Shown in pieces: positions 41,501-53,645 of a stretch of 64,000 nucleotides of DNA; within the stretch, counting starts at the first letter, position 1, and the number at the start of each line of letters is the position of its first letter. This DNA comes from Seison nebaliae (Eukaryota), in NCBI GenBank assembly GCA_023231475.1, contig JALJEE010000735.1, positions 62,001 to 126,000 of the forward strand, in the 5' to 3' direction. The notes beneath the pieces are model-generated. The model worked only from the letters and a program-made list of their open reading frames with translations. It did no database searches and was not told where the DNA came from. The position numbers and the translations under genes were made by a program.

Positions 41501-44500
41501 AAACAGAAGACGATGACAACAACAACAATGATGACGAGCATGATGACGACGACGACGAAGAAGGAGACATTACGAAAACAATAAAAAAAGGTTCGATAAA
41601 AGAAGAAGAAGAAGAGGAATCGATACAAGAATTGTAGAAGCATATTAGAATTGTAGTATTTCTTCACAATTACATCATCACATTTGGAGATCATACATTC
41701 TCATCTCCTTTATGATGGCATCATCATCATGAGTGATGCCATCATCATAAGCATCATTATTCTCATCATCAGTCATTATATTTCTTGGTAGAACGGCGAG
41801 GAAGACATCAATCGATTATTCGAATAAATGTCCTTCACCTAACACACATCCAATGCGAGACATTGCCAATAATAGAATGTGAAGAATGAGCAGAAAAAAG
41901 AAGGAATGACAATATGAAACGAACGGCAACAATTTAACGGAGAAGTCAAAATATTTAACTAGATCATCTTTCTTCCTGACGAGAAGAGAATTTTATTTGA
42001 AATTAATTAATCTTCACCATCATCTCCCAATTGTACCTGTCAAATAAACGGTGTGAACACATCCCTTTTCAACTCCACCAACTGAACAATCATCGTGAGA
42101 ATTGATGACTTATTAAATTAGATCGTGGTCAAATCGGAAGATTTGATTAAAAATATTACCGAATTAATATCAATTCTCACTTCCTCCACCACCAACCACA
42201 CCACCCCAAAATATGCAAATAATTTAATAATTTTTCTGGTTGGAATTCATCAATAAATCATGTTGTGGTTCCATCATTCAATATCGATACCGATTTATCA
42301 AAACTATCATCTCTTCTCTATTTCTCGTTTCAAATAAAACAAAATAATATTATCAGAACACATCGACAACATTGGAGCAGGAGAACAATTGGGATAAATT
42401 AATCTGCATGATATAATATCATCAAATCTATTCTGATTAAATTTCAATTGTTATTATCCATATAATCTTCCGGGAATAATAAGATTTCAATTCGAGAAGA
42501 AGGATAAATTAAAGGGGGAAACCATCATGTATATTGGATCGAGAAGAAAGAGTCGACAGAAAAAGGTTAAATGAATTAACAATTCCCTCACCTCGATACC
42601 TTAGAAAGCTCGATTTATTGTTGTCGGGTGGGTCGATTATGATATCTTTCTACATATCAATTCACCAAATCTTTTCATTAATTCTTGCACAACGAACTTG
42701 TGAGAGAATGCGAAGGATTTGGATAGTGAATGTCAAATTGTTAGAAGAATAGCAGGGCCGAAAAAAAAAAAGGAGGAATGGAATGAGAGCCAATGGAAGA
42801 AATGAGAAGAATGACTGAAATCAAAAGGAGAGAATAGGTGGGGGTGGAACGGTGTAAGGAACTAGAAGAGTAGAAATAGTGAAAGTGATAGACAGAGTAT
42901 GTCGTGACCACACAAAGCATAGCCTTCAATTAAAACGGATAGAATTTGTTCATACTTCGTTCATTAGAGTAAATTGATGGGAGGAAGAAGAAGAAGAAGA
43001 AGGAAAAGAAGGAGAACAAATGGAAAGGTCCTTGTCCCAAATCATTCCATAATAGTCATCAGTTATTGATACATTCATTTCTTAATTCTTTCCTTCGACC
43101 CACCAACACTTCTCATAATGAGTCGGAATATTAACGAATAATGAATCAACAACTAAATAAATCAACAGGAACTTCGTCTACCAGTTCTGTTCGCATAGAA
43201 CGAATTGAAACGATATTCTTATTATCTTACCAATTTCAACATCTTCCATTTTTCTTTTCCTTCTGACGGGATCTTTCAAAACGAACATTATTCTATAGAT
43301 CTACTTAAATTCATTTCGAACAATGAAATGAAATTAGTGGGAGCACAGACGACTCCGTTAGGCAGATCGTTAGGAAAGCGAACATTCTTTACATGTCGTC
43401 TCTCACTTTCCCGTCCCATCTCTCCAATCATCATTATCATTTATCTGGATAAATAAACGGCGAATGTTTCCATCTGACAAATAAATGATGATCAATTATT
43501 GTAGTAAATATCGTCAATAAACAGAAGACAAGAAGAATCAAGAGAATTGTTGAGTAAAAGAATCAGATGTCTGCAGAACTGAAGTTATTCGTCTGATGAA
43601 CTACGTAATGGAAATGAATGAATAAATTATCGGAGTAATAAATGAAATAATTTCAATTTTATCAGATGGATCTACTTCTCATTCAACAACTCTGAGTGTT
43701 TGATTGATCATTAACATCGTTTGCATATGAATAAAGGAAGACGTTATCAGATAGAAGATAGAAATATAATTGTTATGAAAGTATATTTCACACATTCTCC
43801 TCTTTCCATTCTCTATCGTATTCATTAGATTATGATCATTACATAATATTCATTTAAATATATGATCGATATCGATGATCTATAATTGAATTAACTTATC
43901 ATCGAATCTCATTCCACAAGTGTGATTTGCAGGTCACTCTTCTTCTGGAGGAGGGAAAGTGAAGAACGCAGCAGTTCTTATAGAAATATATAAATTTATC
44001 AAAATTCTTTCAACTAATTTCTCTTCCTTCTACAGTTCAATCAATTCTTCGATAAATTCATTAACGAAACCGCTGAAATTGAAGAAAAGGAAGACGAATA
44101 TCAGCGAAAACTTTACAACTCTAAGAAGCGTGCAGAACGTCATAAAAATATTCGTAGATCTGTCAAATCGAAAAAGGAATCACCAGTTGAACGAAAGAAG
44201 AAAGATGTTCTTGTAAATATCGAAGATGAAAAACCGAAAACAACTTTATTGTTTAAGAGATTGTTGAGAAGTAAGAAAATAGGAATAGCGAACAAAGAAG
44301 AAGAGGAAGAGAAAGAAGAAGTGAGGAAGGAGTATTTGAAAGAAACATCGTTAAATCGGAAGGAAGTAATAAGGGTCAAGAAAGAACTCCATTCATATTA
44401 CAAGAACAAATACAGTAGGAAATACCGCGCAGTTTCCGTTCGTCATAAGAGACTGCAACAATTCCTAAAGAATCAGCAATCGACAAAAAAAAATGAATTA

Positions 44501-47500
44501 ACCCAACCGAAAAAGAAACGAATAAGAGTTAACGATTCATATATGGATCTGAATCGATCAAATGATTTACAGAAAATGTCATTCAATGAAGAATCGGAAG
44601 AGACGAATAAAAAAGAAAATAGAAAGATATTTCAATCGAAATATCCTTTAGCCAATTTCGATAATGAAGGTGACATTCCATGTTAGTTGACTTGATCTAA
44701 TTTATTAAAATTTCATTAAATGCATCATCAGATCGAGAAGGACGATCTGGTGGGAAGAAAGCGTTAAGAACAATGAGAAGATTAACACCATCAGGCGATC
44801 ATAGAAAATATCGTCAACATCAATTAAGAAATGCTTCCGCTCATACAACACCGTTACAAAGATCATCATATAATAATTATGCGTTAATGGAACGTGCGAG
44901 ACAATCAAGAAAAAGAAATTTCGAATATCGAAAACGAATGGAGAAAGAATATGATGATATTCCGGTTATTCAACGATCCTTCAGTTTAGCTGTACGGAAA
45001 CCTGAAGGAATTACTCATGTAGAATTGGATGATTATCTCTTGAATACATCGAAGAGATATGGAGTAATTCTAGACGATAAACAAGAATTACTCAATGAGA
45101 AATTAGCAAAAAAGTTACATGAGGATCTGAAGGAAACGCGTTTGAAACAAACAATAACTAAAAGAAATGGATGTGAAAAGAACAGAAAATATTCTCATGA
45201 ATCTCATTCATTATCTACACCGAATTCATCGATCTTGTTATCATCCTCCTTAAAGAAATCTAGCTCCTTATCAATTGACACATTAAGTACTTACTCAATT
45301 TCGACAAAATGTGAAAGATCGACATCTAAATCATCATCTTCCTCAATTTCCTCATCATCCTTCTCATCCTATTCCTTCTCCACACATTCATCCATATCAT
45401 CATCATCATCATCATTCCGATCGATTAGAAGTAATGCTCAATCAAATTCCTCTACATTATCACAATCAGGAAGTTACTCATCAAAATTATCATACAGCTC
45501 ATTGTCGATTGGAGATATACCACCGAAAACTAGTCGAAATAAGAAGACTGAATTGAGAAGGAAAGGTAAATTATCGACAAAACAAATATTGAAACAGAAA
45601 GAAGAGAAGAGAAAAGTTTGTCATTAATATTCTTCCAAATCAAACTTTCAAATTATGTGAATGACTTACCGTTCTAATCAGTTATGAGGACATCTCTGAT
45701 AAAGATCGTTTCGATTAAGCAACAGAGAATCATTCATCATATTTCTCCTCTTATTATTATTATTATTATTAATATATTGTTCCTTCTTTTCTAAATCATT
45801 ATCTTAATTTTGTTCTTATTCTTATTTGATTCTAATGTATCTCCTTCATGAAAAGGAAACAAATCGACGATTCCTTTCCAAGTTCACCAATAAGAAACTA
45901 CCTCCCATACAAATTTCAAAAAAGAAACCAATTTTTGAAAAGTCTCCTGATCCCAACGATACAAGAAACAAATTATTGGATCGAAAAGAAAATGTGAAAC
46001 AACTGCCGTTACCGCCGAACCAAGCGGAACGCTTGGCAAAACGACGAAAAGACCGAATTTGGGCGATGGCAAAAGTTTTGCTGAAACATCTCTTCTCACA
46101 AATCGGCTTAAGTGGATTGGTCGTTGTTTATGTGATGTTAGGTGGATTTATTTTCGACGCCCTCGAATCAGGTTATGAAAGTAAATGGCAACAAAAAAGT
46201 CGCATAGCGCGAGCGGTTTATTCTTCGTTTAGTTATTAAGAGTAATGACAATATTTAAAAATTTGTCGATATTTAGGGATTTATTACGGAAATGATGAGA
46301 TATACAGAAGGATTAGTTGCCGAACGTTATGGGATGCCAATTCGATTAACATTAACAAATTATTCTTATGTTCTTGGTTAATAATAATAATAATAATAAA
46401 TAAATCTCTTTAAATTATTTATTTAAAAGGAACGAGATTAAATGACTTCCTTGCTGGTGATATTCATTATGAGAAAAGTGATATTATGGACGCATTATTG
46501 AAACCGATTATCATGCCCGACATGTCCAAGACGAATATTCAAGCTACATGTCAACAATTCTGTTCATTAGATTCTCATCAACAACCAACAATCAATTTAA
46601 AGAATAATAGTAGGAATCTCTTTCGAATTCAAAGAATTCGACGAGAAGTAACAAAAATTTTGAAAGATACCGTGAGAGAAGAACGTCAAGTGAAATCGAC
46701 CGTTATATCGACAAAAAAACCGGCAGTATTGAAAGATGTAAATGATGTGAATGATGTTGAAGATACAGAAATTTGGACATTTGCAAGTTCCATGTTATAT
46801 TCAGCCACCGTTATTACGACAATCGGTTAATTTTTCCCTATTTCATTCTCACCAATGATTTCTTTATTCGCTATTACAGGTTATGGGAACATCACACCAA
46901 AAACGGATTGGGGCAAAATTGTGACAATAATTTATGCATTATTCGGTATTCCATTGATGTTCATGTGTCTGAACAATACCGGTGACATGTTGGCGGACAT
47001 CTTCACCAAATGTTATACAATGTTCATCAAATGTATATGTCATCTTATATGTTGTCATACATGTCGGAAGAGTGGAAAGAAGAAAGAAGAAATGAACACG
47101 ATCACAGAGAAAATTTCGAAGGAACAATTACTGAAACAAAAGGATGTTGATGATATGACTGAATTGGAGTTGTTACAAACGAAATTATATGAGATAAAAG
47201 ATTCTTTCAAAAACGCATCGAACTGGTTCCATATTTCAACATTACCCAACTTTATCATACAACCGACAAGTATTAAGAGACCAAATATAGATCCGGAAAA
47301 GTTCTTAACTTCACCACCACTTCTCAAGAAACAGATTTCCGAATTCGCCAATGAGAAATTTAAAGCCATCTCTCCATCTCTATGTAGCGTTGGTGGATTG
47401 AGACGACAAATGAAGAATGAAGAAAGAAAAAAAAGTAAATTATTGAACAATGTGGAGAATGATGAGGATAAAACGACTTGTATGACATCAAGTCAATGCT

Positions 47501-50009
47501 CTCAATCGACAACTACACATGTGAACACTCCGAAACTGTTAGAAGATCAGACGAAATCGATTGAAAAGAAATCGAGAGTTTTAAAAAAGAAATTGAAATC
47601 AATGTCGAACAGTAAGTCGTTGGAGAAACAAAAGTATCAAAGTGGAACTTTATTTCTAAAACTGTCAAAAGAACATATTAATATGTCGCCCTCTCTCAAA
47701 TTCTTATCTGTTCCATCGATTGGGAGACGAGATCGATCGTTTGATTTACAGCAACAATCATTCAAATCGATTAGTATTCATAGTCCAACATTTCGCTCAC
47801 ATGGTAAACGATCAAAAGAAAAAATTGGAAAGGAAAATAATGAGAAATATTTGGCAACTATTCTTCCATTAGAAGAAGAGACGAAGAAGAAAGATGAGAA
47901 GAAATTAGAAGTTCAATCGATTTCCGAAATGAAATCATCGATGGATGAAAATAAATTAACGATATCAGCTATTACATCACAACAACATTCATCGGAGAAT
48001 GTTGAAAGTAAAAGTGTAAAAATTAGTACCAATACAACAATGATTACATTGACAGACAAATCGGACAAATCAAAAGAAGAACAACAATCAAATAAAATGG
48101 AAAAGAAGAAATATAAGAGTAAGAGAACTCCATCAAAACATCGTCATAGACACAGAAGATATCCACACTCTTATGATAAAAGGAGGAAATATGAAAGTCG
48201 CTCACATGGAAGTAAACGAAGTAGAAGTAGAAATCGTACGAAGAAACGAAGGAGAAAAGGATCTCAAAGGAAAAGTGAAGCAGCGAAAAATTCACATTAT
48301 GGATATGATTATTATAAAATTATGAAAGAAAGACAACAAATGGATGTTCGTTCATTTCTAGTTATAATATGAAATTTTAAATCTCTCTTTCTAGAAACAA
48401 CCAGTTCATGTACCAATTCTCGCTTCTCTCGGGATATTATGTGCCTATATATTCAGTGGTGCTGTTCTATTCGGAGCATGGGAAAATTGGACGTTATTAG
48501 ATGGAGCTTATTTTTGTTTCATAACATTCACATCCATCGGTTACTTTCTTCGAAGGAAATATTTAAAGAAATTTTATAACCTTTCTTTAGGCTTTGGAGA
48601 TATGGTACCTGGGAAGGGTTCACTCGATGGATCATCGGCAGAAAAAGCAGCATTATGTTCTCTTTATCTATTATTTGGAATGGTCATAATGGCCACGTGC
48701 TTCAAAGTTTTCATTTTCTCTCATTTTCTTCTGACTATTATTATTAACTTTGCAGTTGATGCAAGATGAAGTTCTAGCCAAAGTGAAATGGCTCGCGCAA
48801 AAAATGGGAATTATCGAATAATTTCATACCTCACACTAATTCCTATTTATTTCCCTTTCCTATTCACACAAAATAATTGGACAGTTTTCTAAATAAAGTT
48901 TCCGATCTTGTATCTGATCGATTTCTTCATTTATTTTATACGAACCTTCGAATTTTATTAGGACGTCCCACAATTTCACCCGCATCTTTATCCAAATGGG
49001 AATTGAGCATTTTCTCAAATAAGATAGTGCTTTGTTTATGTCCATCTCCATCTAATGCTCCCTGTGATATAACACTCTCTTCCGTGAAAGTGATATATCC
49101 TTTGGTGGAGGACATATGTTGGATTTCCATCAATTCATCATCACAATCACATAACGATTGATAAATATCAACATAATCTGAGAATCGTATGAAATATTGA
49201 AATATTAAAAGAACTAACATTTCTCTTCAACTTCTTTCAATTTTATATCAACTGGAATTTTCCGTTTCATCAAACAATGAACAATCAACTGTTGACCAAA
49301 TACTAATAGATAAATTTGTAAATTCATTAATAAAATTGAAAGAAACCATATTTCTTCAATAAAACTTTTCGGAGGAATTCTTGTGGTTTACATTCTTTCA
49401 AGAAAACTTTCATTCTAAGAAAATCAAAAATTTTCCATCAAAACACAAATGGAACTTTTCAAAATCATCATTTGATCTTTGTCCATCCAATTTCATTAAC
49501 GGTTCTAATGTTCGCGCTTGAGACAAATCGTAAATTTGATGTTTCGTTTCAAAACAATCGTTCTCCAATTGTCGTTTAATTGTATGTCGACGAAATCGTA
49601 ATTGATGGAGTATTTCATATGAACTGTTCGTCAAAATAATGTTTCCTTTCGCGAATAATTCGAGTATGATATGTGTCTCCACTTCACCCGAACCGAATTG
49701 GAAATCAATGATTCGATCAATCGATCCCAACTGTGTGATCTTTTCCAATCGTTTCCCTTTCAAATGCTTCCTCAATTTCATCGAGAATGACGATGGCATA
49801 TCATTCTTTTTCCATTCAAAATTTGTTACATGAAATCGAGCACCACTCTCCAACAACAACATCGATCTACATTGTTTCGCCATTTGGAATTTGAATAAGT
49901 AAACTTTTTGATCGATATCATAAATGTTGACGAGTCGAAAAGATTGGAAAGTTTTTTTCACGTCCTGCAAAGCGACCATTAGGTCGACTCCACTGAACTT
50001 TAATTTCAT
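38568..50009 (-). CDS. NEMF: Ribosome quality-control factor NEMF/Rqc2/Caliban (~1064 aa, 10 exons: 50009-49456, 49414-49347, 49302-49219, 49177-48946, 41198-40558, 40498-40385, 40327-40208, 40158-39344, 39292-39127, 38968-38568)
   Basis: NFACT-N ([27 protein letters not shown]), [70 protein letters not shown], and C-terminal [16 protein letters not shown]. Spliced frame is 3195 nt. Confidence 0.93.
43567..48821 (+). CDS. Two-pore-domain (K2P/TWiK-family) potassium channel nested antisense in NEMF intron 4 (~1422 aa, 12 exons: 43567-43583, 43666-43697, 43933-43973, 44036-44681, 44732-45615, 45856-46215, 46277-46376, 46430-46825, 46880-48345, 48395-48539, 48591-48706, 48756-48821)
   Basis: M1 [24 protein letters not shown]1 [27 protein letters not shown]2 [11 protein letters not shown]3 [22 protein letters not shown]2 [22 protein letters not shown]4 [20 protein letters not shown]. 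The channel core (45856-48821) is high confidence. The first five exons are frame-consistent but lack homology support. Confidence 0.85.
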
Positions 50010-50180
50010 TTCGTCTGTCCAAAATAAAAGGGAGATAATAAATTTTTCAAATTAATTTAATTAAAAATTTCAATAAAATATTCTCAGAAAAAAAATTATG
50101 AAACTAAACATAAAAAACGATTCTTCTTTCATCTGTTATGAAGGAGGAGATAAAAAGCGAAAAAAGGAAGTGAAATTCTT

Positions 50181-51206
50181 TCAACTTTCTTCTAAACGTT
50201 CTTTAGGTCGAAGAAATTTAACGATTACTTCTCGAAACTTTAATGGTTGTTCCGAATGTACCCAATGACCAGCATCTGGAATTTCAACAAATTTCACTTT
50301 TTTGAAAGCATTATTTATCAGATTCGTATTCTCATTATCATCATTAAATGGAGGAACATGTGTCGAATCACCACCTCGTATAAATAGACAATCGGAAACG
50401 ATATTGGTCATATTTGAAAGAATGGGAATATCAGCAATTTGGTGAAGATTTTGAAGAATTTTCGGAACATTTAATTTCCAATGAACAGATTCGTCATCAA
50501 CACCTATGTTTGTTGAGAGGAAATCTCGAATCATTTTATTCGATTCAATTGATTTCAATTTCTCATCGAATTCTTTCTTCACATCATATAGACTCGAATT
50601 ATCAGATGTGATAGATGGATAACCGAAATCCATCATTAAATGAAGATAATTCTCAAATTGTTTTATATGAGTCGATTTGAGTAATGAAGAATCGACCACA
50701 ATCAATTGATCAACAACTTCCGGATATTTAAGTGAAAGATTTATTGCTGTTTTCCCTCCCATACTATGTCCAAGAACAGCAACTGTCGCCTCTTGTGTTT
50801 TCTCTTCTTCAATTGAAGATTGAAGAATAATATGTTGAATTGTATAACGTAAATCTTCACACATCTCATCATATGACATTCCACCATCATTAACATGATT
50901 CATAACATTCCCATGATTCCTTCCATCTAACGTCACAACTTTATAACCAGAATTTTCACTTATACTCTTAGCGAGACTACGCCAATTACTTCGATTACCA
51001 AAGAGGCCATGTGAAATAAATAACCATCGATTCAACTTCTTATCCAACTCTTTCCGATGATCATAAACATCATGAGTCAAGACAATGGAAGAAATATCTT
51101 GAGAATTATTCGAATTCCCATTCGACAAATTTGAATGGAAAATTTTCAAAATATTTTTTTTCAAAATTATTTCATTTAATAAATAATTATTCTTTCTCAA
51201 CAACAT
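50181..51206 (-). CDS. ABHD11: Alpha/beta hydrolase ABHD11-like, intronless, 341 aa, probable mitochondrial presequence
   Basis: HGLFGNRSNWRSLAK, LDGRNHG, nucleophile elbow GHSMGGKTA, LFIRGGDS, AGHWVHSEQP. Confidence 0.9.
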   Translation of the reverse strand: MLLRKNNYLLNEIILKKNILKIFHSNLSNGNSNNSQDISSIVLTHDVYDHRKELDKKLNRWLFISHGLFGNRSNWRSLAKSISENSGYKVVTLDGRNHGNVMNHVNDGGMSYDEMCEDLRYTIQHIILQSSIEEEKTQEATVAVLGHSMGGKTAINLSLKYPEVVDQLIVVDSSLLKSTHIKQFENYLHLMMDFGYPSITSDNSSLYDVKKEFDEKLKSIESNKMIRDFLSTNIGVDDESVHWKLNVPKILQNLHQIADIPILSNMTNIVSDCLFIRGGDSTHVPPFNDDNENTNLINNAFKKVKFVEIPDAGHWVHSEQPLKFREVIVKFLRPKERLEES

Positions 51207-52429
51207 GACGGTGAATTGTATTGCGTCTATGATAAATGTACGATGATGGATGTCGTATCTTTTCGATTTTGAGACAAGCCTAACTTACAATTAATTCAGT
51301 TGAGCAATTCAAATTTCATTTCGATTTAATCAATGTTAATTTTTTAATTATGTCTTAATATTTTGAATGTATTACAGTTTTCACGTTATAATCACATTCT
51401 TCTAATACAAATCGAGGAAGTTATGTCATATTCACTAGAAGTCCATATAATTCATTAGAAGTCTCTCATTAAACTTTCGTCGATAAGAAATTACTTAAAA
51501 TTATTTATCTGAAGTATATGGAAATTTCTTATTTAAAATGGTTATCTATCATTGCAAGAATATATTGTATTTATTGAAACGAAATTTATGTACACAATTT
51601 AAATTAAGCTTTACCCTTTCTCTCAAACTTTCAAAAATTCACATTTTAATTTCTTTTTAACTGAACGAAAATTAATTATGACATTGTCATAAAGTATTAT
51701 AAAGAGAACTCAAATGTGTGCCTCTTTGAATAATTTGCGAAGTTTGAAATTCGAACGTTAAAATTGTTAAGAATAAGAAAATTTGATTATTTTTCGTTAG
51801 ATATTTTCTCTAGTTAAATATTCTGATTTTGGTAAAAAATTAAATTGAAAAAGATGGAAAACATTCTATGAGTAGAAAGTGATGAAAATAATGAAAAATG
51901 TTTATTTAAACGAGTAATTTAGATTGAATAACGCATCCGAAACTTCACTTAAATTCGAACCGTATTTTAACAATTTTTGCGATAATTCAAATATCGATGG
52001 ATAAGAAGTCATACATTCTCCAAATGAGGATATATTTAGATGGATCGTCATTGAAATTAATATGTGAACGTCACTTCTATTTATCTTCACTTACGCAATA
52101 TTTATTGAGCTAACGTAACAAGTAGAGATTCTAATTTTGTTCGACCACTCCTAAATCGGATGATGTGTAAGCTCTTATTTTCAATAGATTCTTCCATTAG
52201 ATCCGTCACCAATCATGTTCAGATCTTTTTAAATGAACTTCAATGACGATTTGGAACGGAACAACCTTCGGTGGAAAACTTTTAGTAAATTCTCAACGAA
52301 TAGTATAGATAAATTATTCGGAACAGACTTATTTCTACAAAATTCGCCATTATTAGATAAACTAATTCTTAATTATCATTCTTACAAATCATTCTTTCTT
52401 AATCAAATTCATCATTCTTATAATACAAA

Positions 52430-53645
52430 ATGGAATTCGCTGATTTTTCTACTCAACTCTCTTGTGGAATACTTTTTGGTATTTTTATGGAGAAAGGCAA
52501 TGGTTAAATTGATTTTAATAAAATTGTATTGTAATTCATAAAATTTTAGTTCACTTACCTCAAGTAATTAGAGCTCAGATGCATTTTGATTCACTTGTTA
52601 TGATGAAAATGTTCTTAAGCGCTATGGCCGCCAGTTCCTTCTCTTTTGCCTTACTAAGTTTAAAATCTCAAAATATGCGAAGCATCATTGAGGGACACCG
52701 AAAACGAATGATCAGAACTTCAATTGTAAAATTTGTAAGTGGCGGCGCTTTTCTAGGAATGGGAATGGCCATATGTGGATCATGTCCAGGCACAGTGTAC
52801 GTTCAATTGGGCACTCTTTCTTGGAGGACGTTATTTGTCTTTCTCGGATGTTTATTAGGAGGATATGGTTATTCTCATGTAGATAAGTTTTATCCGGAAA
52901 ATGACAGTGGCAAGTTCCTCGGACTTACTTCAAATCGATTATTGTTAGGAAAAGGAAATTAAATTTTTATTCATTTACTAAAAATTATTCACTTATTATA
53001 GTGTCAGTGACATTTTGCAACAACCATTCCACATAGTTTGTTTTGGTGCCAGTGGAGCATTATTGATATTGGCCATATTATTGGAAATTTTTAGTCCTTC
53101 GACGGCGTCAATTTTTGTTTAATTTTTTTTCTGTTAAGTCTCTCTAAATATTTTGTGTCTTCTATTAGTCTGAATTTTCGTCGAATAGTTGGAATCCTGT
53201 AATTTGTGGTTGTCTTGTTGGTTTGCTACAAATCCCGATGGTTTGGTTCTCATCCACTCGATTGGGAGCATCCGCATCATTCTTGTCAATAGTGGGTTAT
53301 ATTTCTCCTCAAATGAGAAATGATTACGTGAATCGATTTATGGATAAATCGTCATTACGTCAAATGTTGTTTAGTACTGCTATCACATTTGGTTCGTTTC
53401 TCTCACTCTATCAATTAACGGGAGAGAGTACGTGGGAATTTAATGATTCAACATTATCATATGGAACACCTGGAATAATTTCCTGTATAATAGGAGGCTT
53501 CCTCATTGTGTTTGGAGCGCGTGCTGCTGGTGGTTGCACATCTGGACATGGTCTTTCCGGAGCGGGATTATTATCTTTTCCATCACTTCTGGTTGTCGCA
53601 TCAATTTTTGGCGGGGGAATTCTTACATCTTTATTATTTATCTAA
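52430..53645 (+). CDS. YeeE/YedE (TsuA-like) sulfur/thiosulfate transporter family membrane protein (~352 aa, 4 exons: 52430-52502, 52550-52943, 53002-53116, 53169-53645)
   Basis: GILFGIFMEKG.V..P.VIRAQM..MMKMFLSA, GGAFLGMGMAICGSCPGTVYVQLG and GGFLIVFGARAAGGCTSGHGLSG are the two Cys-containing YeeE/YedE motifs. Spliced frame is 1059 nt. The intron 2 donor could alternatively be at 52914 (also GTT). Confidence 0.85.

Noticed and set aside
53105..53168. Alternative GC donor (ACG|GCGTCA) for YeeE intron 3
   Set aside because: An in-phase GTTTA donor at 53117 gives a typical 52-nt intron; cannot be excluded without RNA data.
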